Notes: generated by a model not told the origin, from the letters alone. Counted from the stretch's first letter, positions 28,459-38,115 are shown. The stretch is DNA of 52,546 nt from Candidatus Bruticola sp. (GCA_051874735.1 JBJEGD010000006.1:1-52546), one strand, 5' to 3'. Translations and numbers: made by a program.

Positions 28459-28511
28459 AGGCGAACCTTTCTTCTCAATACTGTAATGTTCTAGCTTTGA
28501 ACTGCTCCTTT

Positions 28512-29093
28512 TTAAGAATCATCACCGTTTTTCCAACTCAGTACAACTTTTTTTATACCGTCTTTTTTTATGACAAATAGAAAATGATGCTTTCCCGGTC
28601 CGGCTGACGCCGGATAAAAGATCAGGCCGGGCTGCTTAATTTGGCCGCTCTCTACAAGTTGGCCGTCTATATAGAGTTGCAGACTGTCATATTCAACTGC
28701 CGCTTGAAAAGCGTAAAACTGCACAAAAACAGGTTCTCCGCCTCGACATTCACCACGTGGGCCATAGTTGAGTATGGAAAGACAACAACTAGGTTCGTGT
28801 TCATACGCTGCAGGCCAAAGATGTATTTCTTCCGCCTGACCAAGGCCGTTTAGATGAGCGCAGGCAGCCATTTTTAGCCCTTTGCTATTGAGCTCTTGAA
28901 TGGCCACAGGACTTCCCTCTATGAACGCCTTAGCTTGGGGAGCTAGAGAGATATTGCGATTTCCTAGCAACATATCACCGAAGCGGCAGTCATAAAAAGC
29001 GCCTGCTACCACAGCTCTTTCCTCGGCCCCGCATGGAAAACTCAAAAAGCTGAGCAGCCCGGCCAACACCAAAATACGCCCCAAGCACTGCAA
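28512..29093 (-). CDS. Hypothetical secreted protein
   Basis: Signal peptide; C-terminal Ig-like segment (LYIDGQ...PGKH). Confidence 0.65.
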   Translation of the reverse strand: MQCLGRILVLAGLLSFLSFPCGAEERAVVAGAFYDCRFGDMLLGNRNISLAPQAKAFIEGSPVAIQELNSKGLKMAACAHLNGLGQAEEIHLWPAAYEHEPSCCLSILNYGPRGECRGGEPVFVQFYAFQAAVEYDSLQLYIDGQLVESGQIKQPGLIFYPASAGPGKHHFLFVIKKDGIKKVVLSWKNGDDS

Positions 29094-29184
29094 AGATTAT
29101 CACCTGTAAATCAGAAAATTAATTAAGACACTTTTACAAAAAAATAAGCTTTTTTCCTCCGCTCGTCAAAACAAACAGTGCCCT

Positions 29185-29210
29185 AAAAAAAAAGCGGCCT
29201 CGCAGCCGCT
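29185..29210 (-). terminator. Rho-independent terminator of the MBL-fold gene
   Basis: AGCGGC / GCCGCT stem adjacent to an A9 run. Confidence 0.7.
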
Positions 29211-29272
29211 TAAAATCGGGGCACGCCGACAGAGGACTAACCAAATAAAGTTTAGTTAATCAACGCCGCCCT

Positions 29273-29950
29273 TTACTCATAACGCAATAGCATCACAGTA
29301 GTCTGCGCAGGCAAACTCTCCTGGGAGACATCGATAGACATACTGGCCATATCTTCAACTCGATCCATACGCACGATAAAGTCATCGAGAGTATTAGAAC
29401 AGAGGCTCGATCCAGCAAGCTTGGGCGTCTTGTAATGCATAGGCAGTACAATGTTAGGCTGAAGTTGGTTAATAACCAAACCGGCTTCGGCCGGTCCTAA
29501 AGTTGTGCTGCCTCCCACTGGTACAAAGAGCACATCAGCTTTGCTAATTTGACTAACTTGAGCATCAGTCAGCAAATGGCCTAAATCGCCCAAATGTACA
29601 AAGTGTACACCTTCCCAGTAAAAATGCCACACCGTGTTGGGACCACGGCGACGGCCATTAAAGTTGTCATGATGAGTAGGTACTCCGTAAAACGTTAAAC
29701 GCTCCTGAGTACGCGTAACATTAAGTTCATTCTCCATAAGATAAGGAGAAGTGGGCTTTACCAGCATCGGATTGCCGCCCAGCCTGTAAGAAGCGTTATG
29801 ATCGCGGTGTTCATGAGACATAACCACTATATCAGCATCTAAGGTGGGGAACTGATAGGGTATGTTGCTGGCGTAGGGGTCTAAGACCAAGGCAGTGCCC
29901 TTGGAAGAACGGATGTAGAAGCTAGAATGACCTAAGTACCTAATAAACAT
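29273..29950 (-). CDS. MBL-fold metallo-hydrolase (Lactamase_B_3 type)
   Basis: YLGHSSF, DPY, SHEHRDHN, HLGDLGH, PVGG and PMHY motifs. Confidence 0.92.
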   Translation of the reverse strand: MFIRYLGHSSFYIRSSKGTALVLDPYASNIPYQFPTLDADIVVMSHEHRDHNASYRLGGNPMLVKPTSPYLMENELNVTRTQERLTFYGVPTHHDNFNGRRRGPNTVWHFYWEGVHFVHLGDLGHLLTDAQVSQISKADVLFVPVGGSTTLGPAEAGLVINQLQPNIVLPMHYKTPKLAGSSLCSNTLDDFIVRMDRVEDMASMSIDVSQESLPAQTTVMLLRYE

Positions 29951-30194
29951 ATGACAACATTATCCGCTTTACAATATATTTTTCCTAACCCTAAAAAACA
30001 TGAGTGCCCAAAAAGCAAATTTAAGCCCCAATCATATACGGCTCGGAACTAGTTTTTTATAAAAAATTAGCGAACCAACCTGAACTACTCTACAAATTAG
30101 CCTGCTGACAGCTGCAAGGGGCTCCGCGGGAATAAACCGCAGCCAACTACAGGATAATCAGACAGTCTATCTAGAGAAATCAGCCTCAAGTTCA

Positions 30195-30455
30195 CTAAAC
30201 TGACTTAGAGGGCGTTTCCACCGGAGCGACCATAAGAACCAATTCTTTATTAACCGCAATAAAATCCAGAGTATCTACCGGCTGGCCGCTAACAGGATCA
30301 AAAAGAGTAGCGTTAGTCAGAGGAATAAACCCACGCTCACGATTTATTTCATCGAGAAGTCTACCGCCAGGCACCACATGCATATCACCTTCAAGACGAT
30401 AAGAAGTAGTCAGAACAATTACGGGAACTTTTTCTTTTACGGTCTTTACCGCCAT
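30195..30455 (-). CDS. Small conserved hypothetical protein (DUF6812-like)
   Basis: AGGAGG SD; pattern V..LT...LEG.MH...RLLDEIN...FIPLT.A...FIAVNK. Confidence 0.75.
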   Translation of the reverse strand: MAVKTVKEKVPVIVLTTSYRLEGDMHVVPGGRLLDEINRERGFIPLTNATLFDPVSGQPVDTLDFIAVNKELVLMVAPVETPSKSV

Positions 30456-30827
30456 AATAACCCTCCTGGATAAACGCTTCAGCCCGAAATTGCGCCCAGC
30501 TCTCCTAATTTGCAGAGAAATAAGCTTAAAGCAGCTTTTCTAAGGCGCACAAGCTACCAAAGACTAAACAAAAAAAACGGTCGGCCCACCCACAGAGAAG
30601 AGATAGAAACGATTGAAAAAATGATCCAATCGCACTGTAACGCTTACCACTCTCTGTTTTTTTTAAGCTGCCCGCAGCTGACTTCGGATGCAGTGCTGAA
30701 ACGTTTGGCAATTTTGTCAAATATTATATTCCTCCTGCCAATATATGAAATTAACCCAGGCTGAAGGACAATATACACTACCTAAATAAGCGGGATTTTA
30801 AGTACAAAGACAGAATGTACAGCGGTT

Positions 30828-31142
30828 ATGTTTGATCAGCTGGATAATTGTGCTGCCGCGAGCAGACTTAAATCTTTTGGCCCATTCGATATGCGTCCTA
30901 TGTTCGGGGGCTTTGCCTTATTTAAAGACGGCGTCTATTTCGGAGTGGCTTCCCAAGGTAATCTGTTCTTCCGCGTCAGCGAACGCACACGCCCCAAATA
31001 TGAGGCCCTGGGGGCTACCCCCTTTGTTTCCGGAGGGCGCTATACTTTTGCTCATACCTACAGCGTGCCTCAAGCTGTCATCGACAATGAGACGGAACTG
31101 CTTAAATATGCGCAAGAGGCCTGGAAAGAAGCTTGCCGCTAA
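30828..31142 (+). CDS. TfoX/Sxy N-terminal domain protein
   Basis: RPMFGGFALF.DG..FG, LFFRV, PF and Y.VP motifs. Confidence 0.88.
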   Translation: MFDQLDNCAAASRLKSFGPFDMRPMFGGFALFKDGVYFGVASQGNLFFRVSERTRPKYEALGATPFVSGGRYTFAHTYSVPQAVIDNETELLKYAQEAWKEACR

Positions 31143-31282
31143 TTTGAGCCCAATACCGCCAGTTTATTGCATAATTAGCAGCTGCATTTCTGCAGGAAGG
31201 CTTATTTTGAGTTAGAAATTTTGGAGATCTATCGATCGTCAAATAGCAGCAGCTATTTTTATTCCTTTTATGAGGTGTTCCT

Positions 31283-32575
31283 ATGGGGAGATTTACCGGA
31301 CTTCTCGGTATGCTATTTATTCTAGGAGTTGCTTACTACTTCTCCACTAACCGCAAAGCTATAAATTATAAAACTGTCGGTGTCGGACTAGGACTTCAGG
31401 TAGTTCTTGGTTTATTCGTTCTGAAAACCAAGATCGGCCACGATATTTTTGCTTTCTTGGGTCACTTAGTTAATAAGCTTCTCGAATTTACCAATGAAGG
31501 CTCCCACTTTGTCTTCGGCGCTCTCGTACCTCTCAATGGAGAGGGATCGTTGGGCATGATCTTCGCTTTCCAAGTACTGCCAGCCATTATTTTTGTTGGC
31601 TCCTTAGCCTCAATAGCCTACTACTTGGGCATTATGCAGTTTATCATCAAAATAGTGGCCAAGTTAGTAGTTCGCTTTATGAATACTTCCGGTGCAGAAA
31701 GTCTCTATGCCATAGGTACAGTTTTTGTAGGTCAAAGTGAGGCTCCGCTTCTAGTTCGCCCTTACTTAGAAAAAATGACCCGCTCCGAGCTCAACACTAT
31801 TATGACTGGCGGTATGGCCACTATCGCCGGTTCCGTTCTATTTGCTTACGTAGGCATGCTCGGTCCGGAATGGGCTCCTCACATTATTACCGCTTCTATT
31901 ATGGGCGCCCCCGCTGGTTTAGTTCTCTCCAAAATTCTCTGTCCAGAAGAGGGCACTCCTGAAACTTCCGGCGTAGTCGAACTCAAAACTGAGTGCAAAG
32001 AAAAGTCTATTATCGAAGCAGCTTCCAAGGGCGCTATCGATGGCATGCACTTAGCTTTCATCGTAGGTACGGTTCTTATCGCTTTCATAGCTATTATCGC
32101 CACTGTTAACGGCTTCCTCGGTTATGCTGGACATGTTTGTGACGTCATAGCCGGTTGGTTCGGTCAAACTTTCCTTTATGCTGATAAAATTTCTATTCAG
32201 AGTATTTTAGGTTGCATTCTCTGGCCAGTGGCTTGGCTTATCGGCGCTCCGGCTGCCGACGCTAGCATTGTCGCTTCCCTTATTGGTGAAAAACTTGTGT
32301 TAAACGAGTTCGTAGCCTATTCCGACTTACTTAACCACATGACCATCGGAGACAAAGCCGCCACTTTACAAGAACTCAGCCAAAAAGGCAAGCTCATTGC
32401 CACCTTTGCCCTCTGCGGTTTTGCTAACTTCTCCTCCATTGGCATTAATGTAGGATGCATTGGCGGCTTGGCTCCCAGCCGTCAGTCTGAATTGGCCACT
32501 CTGGGTGTACGGGCTATGTTCGGCGGCGCCATGGCTTCCATGATGACTGCTTGTTTAGCCGGCATTCTTATGTAA
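31283..32575 (+). CDS. nupC: Concentrative nucleoside transporter (CNT/NupC)
   Basis: FAFQVLP.IIF, GQSEAPL, GMATIAGS, NEFVAY and FALCGFAN motifs; GAGGTG SD. Confidence 0.95.
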   Translation: MGRFTGLLGMLFILGVAYYFSTNRKAINYKTVGVGLGLQVVLGLFVLKTKIGHDIFAFLGHLVNKLLEFTNEGSHFVFGALVPLNGEGSLGMIFAFQVLPAIIFVGSLASIAYYLGIMQFIIKIVAKLVVRFMNTSGAESLYAIGTVFVGQSEAPLLVRPYLEKMTRSELNTIMTGGMATIAGSVLFAYVGMLGPEWAPHIITASIMGAPAGLVLSKILCPEEGTPETSGVVELKTECKEKSIIEAASKGAIDGMHLAFIVGTVLIAFIAIIATVNGFLGYAGHVCDVIAGWFGQTFLYADKISIQSILGCILWPVAWLIGAPAADASIVASLIGEKLVLNEFVAYSDLLNHMTIGDKAATLQELSQKGKLIATFALCGFANFSSIGINVGCIGGLAPSRQSELATLGVRAMFGGAMASMMTACLAGILM

Positions 32576-32613
32576 GTTATTTCCTGTATATATAGTAACG
32601 GTCAATATACTTG

Positions 32614-32657
32614 AAAGAGTGCCTCTGCCTCGCCTAAGTGAGAAGGCGCTCTTTTTT
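32614..32657 (+). terminator. Rho-independent terminator of nupC
   Basis: AAAGAGTGCCT...AGGCGCTCTTT stem followed by a T-run. Confidence 0.8.
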
Positions 32658-32849
32658 GTCTGCCTCGACAAAATAAAATAATTTTTTCAGCTAATATTGA
32701 ATAAAAATTTATTTCTTGTACCCATTTATCGATGTAAAAAGGCTACAAAGAAATATTAAATTAACTAAATATATTTATAAATTTAACAAAAACGATATAC
32801 AATATTTGGGAAATTATTTATTGTTTAGATTTTATAGGCTATTTTTTAA

Positions 32850-32878
32850 TTGTTAATATAGCTGTTTTACAGTAAAAT
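32850..32878 (+). promoter_or_regulatory. Candidate sigma70 promoter for the TPR gene
   Basis: TTGTTA, 17 nt, TAAAAT; lies in a very AT-rich region where such matches are easy to get by chance. Confidence 0.35.
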
Positions 32879-32935
32879 TATATAGGGTTTATAAGATTTA
32901 CGACCAACTTAGTTGGAGAAAGAGTCTTTTGTATT

Positions 32936-34228
32936 GTGCCTAATTCCGGAACTTCAGCAGAACATAAAAATGTAGACAGCTCCGCTTCCGGGCAGAGATC
33001 CGATAATGTTCTTCATTTTGCTGAATACAAAAATACGGTATTTCGTCGTTACTGTCGTATGGCAGATAGTCTGCACAGCCGAGGCAAATACGAAGAAGCG
33101 AAGTCAGTTTGGAACAAAGCCATAGTTCTTAATCCTGACAATGCTGATGTTCACATCGAATTTGGCGTAACTTTGGCAGAAATTGGCGACATAGAGGGGG
33201 CTTTAGATCAATTCAGTCAGGCCGCAATTCTAGAGCCAGACAATCTAGACGCCAACTATCTGCTAGGCATGGCCCATTTTCAGCTAGAGAATTTTGATCA
33301 GGCCATAAAGTGCTGGAAGCATTGTCTAGTGAATAAATCGGGGCTCTTAGAAGATGAAGACAGCCTACATATGTGCTTAGCAGAAGCTTACCGAGCGTCA
33401 GGCAAACCGCATAAAGCTATCAGACAGCTGAACCATATTTTAGAGCATAACCCAATTGACATAGACGCCTACAATTTGTTAGGCATGCTGTTCTTTGAAA
33501 TCGGCGAACGAGCCTTATCTATAGACGCCTTAAAAAGGGCTGTAGCTTGTAACCCCAATTTTTACCGTTCCCACTTAAATTTAGGAGTAGTATATTTCGG
33601 CTGCGGCATTGTCGATTTTGCTATTCACGAATTTAAAAGATCTTGCCAATGCAACCCTAAAGACGCCGATTCTTTCTACAATTTAGGACGGTCTTTAGCC
33701 ATTAAAGGCGATCTAAAAGAAGCATGCTTAGTTCTAAACAAATCTTTAGAGTTATCACCTGATCAGCCGGACAGCCTAGACTTCCTAGGCAACCTCGAAC
33801 TTATGCAGGGCAAGTTTGCTGCTGCCAGATCGCATTTTAAAAAATTATTAGAAATTGTTCCCAACAATGTCAATGCTCTCTGCTCTATAGCCGAAGCAGA
33901 ACACCGCCAATACAACTACCAAGAAGCAGAGGGATACTTGCTTCAAGCTCTAAAATTAAATCCAGAGAATCCAATTGTGCACTATTCTCTAGCTCTACTT
34001 TATAGAGATCAGAATAAGAAGCTTCCCCTAGCAGCGGAACACATGCGCCTGGCTACGGAACTGCAGCAAAATAATCCAGTATATCAGTTAATTTACGGAG
34101 ATATTTTAGCTGAGAGCAATAAAGAGGGCACAGCCCAAGATGCCTGGGAAAAAGCGGTTGAGCTCGATCCAGCTTTAGCTGACGACGTCCGCTCGCGGCT
34201 GAAAAAGCTTAACAGCCCCCACAATTAA
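32936..34228 (+). CDS. Tetratricopeptide repeat protein
   Basis: About 10 consecutive 34-aa repeats (A..LG......G....A...F..A..L.P). Confidence 0.92.
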   Translation: MPNSGTSAEHKNVDSSASGQRSDNVLHFAEYKNTVFRRYCRMADSLHSRGKYEEAKSVWNKAIVLNPDNADVHIEFGVTLAEIGDIEGALDQFSQAAILEPDNLDANYLLGMAHFQLENFDQAIKCWKHCLVNKSGLLEDEDSLHMCLAEAYRASGKPHKAIRQLNHILEHNPIDIDAYNLLGMLFFEIGERALSIDALKRAVACNPNFYRSHLNLGVVYFGCGIVDFAIHEFKRSCQCNPKDADSFYNLGRSLAIKGDLKEACLVLNKSLELSPDQPDSLDFLGNLELMQGKFAAARSHFKKLLEIVPNNVNALCSIAEAEHRQYNYQEAEGYLLQALKLNPENPIVHYSLALLYRDQNKKLPLAAEHMRLATELQQNNPVYQLIYGDILAESNKEGTAQDAWEKAVELDPALADDVRSRLKKLNSPHN

Positions 34229-34435
34229 ATTATAGCGGTTAATTTTTCAGCAGGCCAAACAGTTTTATTGACTAATTAGCGGTAGTTTTTACTAGACTAT
34301 TACGATGAATGCATATTTTTGCTCATGTAAATAGAGTAAATTTAAGATCGGCCATTCAAGTCTTTTGAGTTTATACCAGGCTTATAAAAAAATGAGCTGT
34401 TAGATGCACAAAACTGCCGGAAAGATATTTACTAT

Positions 34436-36109
34436 ATGAATATTTCACTTTTGCACGACGGTAAGTTGCTATTTATTATGATTTTAGCTGCCGTCGTTTC
34501 CATGCTGACCACTCTCAATACAGCCGCTCGCCCAGCGGCTATCCGAACTAAGCAAGTTGCTCTTTCTCTGTCCGTATCTTCTATATTTTTCATGTTTACG
34601 CGCTTTGCCAATCTATTTTATCTGCCTATCTTAGGCAAATATGTAGACCAAGCGGTGCAAATAGGCAACGTCAACATACTCTATGAACAAATTCAATGGG
34701 TAGTATTTGGATCGGCTATGGGAGCTCTACTATCATGGTTGATGCTGCCAACTTTTTCTGCAATCTACGAACGGGGCATAGCTGGCATAAACACCCGCGG
34801 TTCCATGTTGAAAATGCTTTTAGCCCTACCTTCCCTGCGCGGACTAAAAGCTCTAATTAGCTGCCTGCGCTCTCCTGCGGAGCTTAAAGAATGGGCCTGT
34901 CCAGCTTCCACAAGTGCCACAGAGAAACCCTTTGAGCTGCCCTGGGATCTGCTAAGTTGGAATGTTTTTGCTACAGCCGTCTGGACAGTAGGGGCTTTAG
35001 CGGCCTTACAAGTCAGTGCTATTTTCCCCGATCTAGCAGCTACAGCAGTGCTACTTTCCGGTTTAGTTAACTCTTTTGCAGCTATAGCTTTCAGTCTATT
35101 TGTCGATCCTAAAGCCGCCGTAATTACCGATCAAGCTGTCGATGGACAGCGACCCGCCAGCCATGTTTTACAGTTAACCTTTCATTTGGGACTGGGCAAT
35201 TTTATAGGCGGACTGTTGGGGCTATTCACTTTTCCTCTGGCTATTAAAATGATCAGCTGGGCCACTGAAAAACTCGGACACGCCCAAATGGACGAAAATA
35301 TGTGGCTAGTCGTTGGTCTTAACATAATAGTTACTTGTTTAATGTGCACTTCGTTAAGTTCACGAGTCTCAGCCGTTATTACTAAAAATGTGGCCACTTC
35401 ATTGGCTATTTACAATGTCTTCTTTTTAATTACCCGCCTCACGACTCAAGTGTACGCCCCTATTTTGGGTTCAGTACGCGACTCTGTAGTAAAAGGTTCA
35501 GCTTCAGCGGCCGAGCTTTTGCCACTTTTTCGCTGGGTGATCGGAGGAGCCACCTTAGGTACTCTGCTAGGATGGCTTTTAATGCCTACTTTTGTAGCAG
35601 TCTACAATACCGCTATTCAAGCCTTAGAAAAACGCGGTGGCTCCATGGCTACTCTGATAAAAGATCTGTTTAAACCTGATAATTGGATAAAAATCTGGAA
35701 CTGCCGCCGAGTGCCTTCTAATTTTGGGGTCATATGGTCAGACTTGAAAAAACTGCCTAAAGGTTTTTTAACAGCCAACGTCTTCGTAGTTGGAGTGCAC
35801 GTCATTGGCGTATTGGCAGCTATTCAGGCTGGCGCCGAACTTACCGGCCATTTAGCCCGAACAGCTACCTTGCTTTCATCAGTGATTAATGGCGCTGCCA
35901 CAATTTTATGCAGTGTAATTGTCGATCCGACCGCGGCCAAAATTACAGATGAAGCGGTTCACTGTCAACGCTCTCTCCATGAAGTGGAAGCTATGGCCAT
36001 ATTCCTATGTTGGGGCTCTATTTTAGGTACAGTTCTTTCACAAATTCTCTTCACGCCCAGCGTACAAATTATTATTTTAGGAGCTAAAATATTAGAAGCC
36101 GTATTCTAA
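34436..36109 (+). CDS. amj: Amj-family lipid II flippase (DUF2837) with two fused domains
   Basis: Two copies of LLS.(L/V)(V/I)N..A.I.....VDP.AA.ITD.AV and G.LL.WL..PTF. Confidence 0.8.
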   Translation: MNISLLHDGKLLFIMILAAVVSMLTTLNTAARPAAIRTKQVALSLSVSSIFFMFTRFANLFYLPILGKYVDQAVQIGNVNILYEQIQWVVFGSAMGALLSWLMLPTFSAIYERGIAGINTRGSMLKMLLALPSLRGLKALISCLRSPAELKEWACPASTSATEKPFELPWDLLSWNVFATAVWTVGALAALQVSAIFPDLAATAVLLSGLVNSFAAIAFSLFVDPKAAVITDQAVDGQRPASHVLQLTFHLGLGNFIGGLLGLFTFPLAIKMISWATEKLGHAQMDENMWLVVGLNIIVTCLMCTSLSSRVSAVITKNVATSLAIYNVFFLITRLTTQVYAPILGSVRDSVVKGSASAAELLPLFRWVIGGATLGTLLGWLLMPTFVAVYNTAIQALEKRGGSMATLIKDLFKPDNWIKIWNCRRVPSNFGVIWSDLKKLPKGFLTANVFVVGVHVIGVLAAIQAGAELTGHLARTATLLSSVINGAATILCSVIVDPTAAKITDEAVHCQRSLHEVEAMAIFLCWGSILGTVLSQILFTPSVQIIILGAKILEAVF

Positions 36110-36130
36110 AGAAAGTGCAGTAAGCAGCAC

Positions 36131-36589
36131 ATGGACAAAAAACTTACCAATGTAATGCGAATTTTAAAACAAAAAAAAGTACCCTTCATTGAGCATACTT
36201 ATACGGCAAATCCCTCGCTTAAGGCTGAAGAAATAGCGGCTGAAGTAGGCCTGCCTGCGGAAAGAGTCTTCAAAACTTTAGTTACTGTAGGAAAAAGCGG
36301 CGGACATTATGTTTTTGCTGTCCCGGCCAACAGCCATTTAAATTTGAAAAAAGCCGCAGCCACCGTAAAGGAGAAATCAATAGAGATGATCCCGCAAAAG
36401 GATCTGCTTCCTCTAACAGGATACGTTCACGGAGGTTGCTCGCCTATAGGTATGAAGAAAAATTTTCCGGCTCTTATCGACGAAAGCTGTCTTAAATTTG
36501 CTACTATTGCCATAAGTGCCGGCAAAGTCGGCTTTCAGGTAGAGATAGACCCCCGTCTGCTAGGTCTGGCCACAGCCTCTTTAGTTTAA
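36131..36589 (+). CDS. ybaK: Cys-tRNA(Pro) deacylase
   Basis: TNVMRIL, VFKTLV, LNLKK.A, TGYVHGGCSPIGMKK and SAGK.G motifs. Confidence 0.95.
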   Translation: MDKKLTNVMRILKQKKVPFIEHTYTANPSLKAEEIAAEVGLPAERVFKTLVTVGKSGGHYVFAVPANSHLNLKKAAATVKEKSIEMIPQKDLLPLTGYVHGGCSPIGMKKNFPALIDESCLKFATIAISAGKVGFQVEIDPRLLGLATASLV

Positions 36590-36631
36590 CAGGCTTCCAG
36601 TTAAGAAATTAATAAATCTCAAATATTAGAT

Positions 36632-36667
36632 AAAAGAAAAGCCTCTGGTTCAGAGGCTTAATTTTTT
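36632..36667. terminator. Bidirectional terminator between ybaK and the flavodoxin gene
   Basis: AAGCCTCTG-GTT-CAGAGGCTT with A-rich left flank and T-rich right flank. Confidence 0.75.
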
Positions 36668-36698
36668 ACCTAAAAGCGTGATTGACAGCTTTCAAAAT

Positions 36699-37352
36699 TT
36701 ATTTAGTTATCTGCTTTAACCAAGACGCCACTTTAGTAGAAGCAGAATCTAAGTCATGGTAGTAAATAGCCAAACCTTCAGTTACAGAAGCCTTAGGAGC
36801 AGCTTTTTGAATATCTCTGATACCAGTCATACCGCTGCCTCCGTGAGTACTGAAAGGAGCAATAGTTTTTCCTACCAAGTCAACTTTTTCTACAAAAGAG
36901 AGAACAACCATTGGACAAGTATACCACCAACAAGGATAACCTATATAAATCGTATCGTACTTACTAATATCGGGCATACTTCCCTTGAACTGAGGCCGCT
37001 CACCGCTATTTTTTTCCTTTTTAGCTTGATCAGTGCAAGCTTGATAGTTGGCGGGGTAAGCTTTGATCGTTTCCAGTCGGAAGAGATCTGCTCCAGTCTG
37101 TTTAGCAATTTCTTCAGCAACACGCTTGGTATTGCCACTATAAGAGAAATATACTACTAAAGCTCGCGAGCTATTTGGTTGTTTCTTAGCTTCAGTTGTG
37201 TTTGCAGCGACCATCTGCACAGCTGTGTTATCGTTACCCAACTGAGACATAGAATTAGCCTTATTAGTTTCTGGAACAGGACTTTTACTGCAAGCTGGCA
37301 AGCTGAGCATAATAAACAGAGCTGCGGCGAAATAAATAAGCGAACTTTTCAT
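36699..37352 (-). CDS. Lipoprotein flavodoxin (Flavodoxin_4 type)
   Basis: GAGG SD before ATG 37352; lipobox LPA-C; VYFSYSGNT, GYPCWW and PFSTHGGSG motifs. Confidence 0.9.
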   Translation of the reverse strand: MKSSLIYFAAALFIMLSLPACSKSPVPETNKANSMSQLGNDNTAVQMVAANTTEAKKQPNSSRALVVYFSYSGNTKRVAEEIAKQTGADLFRLETIKAYPANYQACTDQAKKEKNSGERPQFKGSMPDISKYDTIYIGYPCWWYTCPMVVLSFVEKVDLVGKTIAPFSTHGGSGMTGIRDIQKAAPKASVTEGLAIYYHDLDSASTKVASWLKQITK

Positions 37353-37454
37353 TTTTATAACCTCATTAATAAAATCGCCGAAAATTAAAAAAGACGCTAT
37401 GTTCAAAATTTCTTTAAAGAAAGCACCTGCGTCTTGTCTTCACACCCCTGGGTT

Positions 37455-37485
37455 ATTCTAAAACGTAAAGTTAGCTTTAGGTCAA
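37455..37485 (-). promoter_or_regulatory. MerR-family (AdhR/NmlR/SoxR-like) promoter-operator of the flavodoxin gene
   Basis: Minus strand TTGACC, 19-nt spacer, TAGAAT; dyad TAAAG-N4-CTTTA in the spacer next to the -35. Confidence 0.75.
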
Positions 37486-37501
37486 GATTCCCATCCCAAT
37501 T

Positions 37502-38083
37502 TTATTTCAATTGCTTTAAACTGGCAGCGGCTCCCTTAACATATTTGTAAGGCAGATTGACGCCTGTAAAACGACAGTAGCTACAAGGCTCCCACTCTAT
37601 CCAATCGCTGTAAAAGTCGGCCTTATTTTTACTGGAGGAACGCTTTAAATAAGCTGTACCAGAGCCATAAAGAGCATTCTTGACCGTATAGCTGTCGTAA
37701 CCGCTCTTTAACTGGATATCACCTATACCACCATTGGCCCCTTCAACAATCAACTCACCGTCTCCCGGAAGAAGCGTATAAGTAAGTTTATAAGTATAAG
37801 CCTGTCCGTATGAATTTATCTGTACTGAACTGAGAACTAACTGGTTATCTTGAGGGTAGTAAAAAATAGCACAGGGCAGCATTTTCAACAAAGCGGCCTG
37901 CTTTTTACTGAAAGTAGAATTGTAAGCGTCTGAATCGGCTTGAGAGATTAAAGAAGAGGTGGAAATATCGAAATACCCAACAGCAGCTGGATCAGCTGTA
38001 CGACAATCAGCTGCAGAACTAAACATAAGACATAAAGCGATGCTGCTTAGTAGCCAAACGCACTGTTTCATAAATTTCTCCAT
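37502..38083 (-). CDS. Hypothetical secreted protein (paralogue A)
   Basis: Signal peptide; shares LP..(I/V)FYY, Y.LTY, G.NGG(I/V)GDI, N.LYG.GTA and F...WI with the neighbour. Confidence 0.75.
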   Translation of the reverse strand: MEKFMKQCVWLLSSIALCLMFSSAADCRTADPAAVGYFDISTSSLISQADSDAYNSTFSKKQAALLKMLPCAIFYYPQDNQLVLSSVQINSYGQAYTYKLTYTLLPGDGELIVEGANGGIGDIQLKSGYDSYTVKNALYGSGTAYLKRSSSKNKADFYSDWIEWEPCSYCRFTGVNLPYKYVKGAAASLKQLK

Positions 38084-38115
38084 TCTGAATCTTAAGGTGT
38101 TCTGAATCTTAAGGT
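38083..38115. repeat. Perfect 16-bp direct repeat (17-bp period)
   Basis: TTCTGAATCTTAAGGT at 38083-38098 and 38100-38115. Confidence 0.9.

Noticed and set aside
30510-30764. Overlapping short ORFs 30510-30764 (+) and 30526-30720 (-)
   Set aside because: Weak starts, no SD and no motifs; they lie in a divergent promoter region
30832-31215. 127-aa ORF overlapping the TfoX gene on the same strand
   Set aside because: Alternative frame of a gene with clear family motifs; no features of its own
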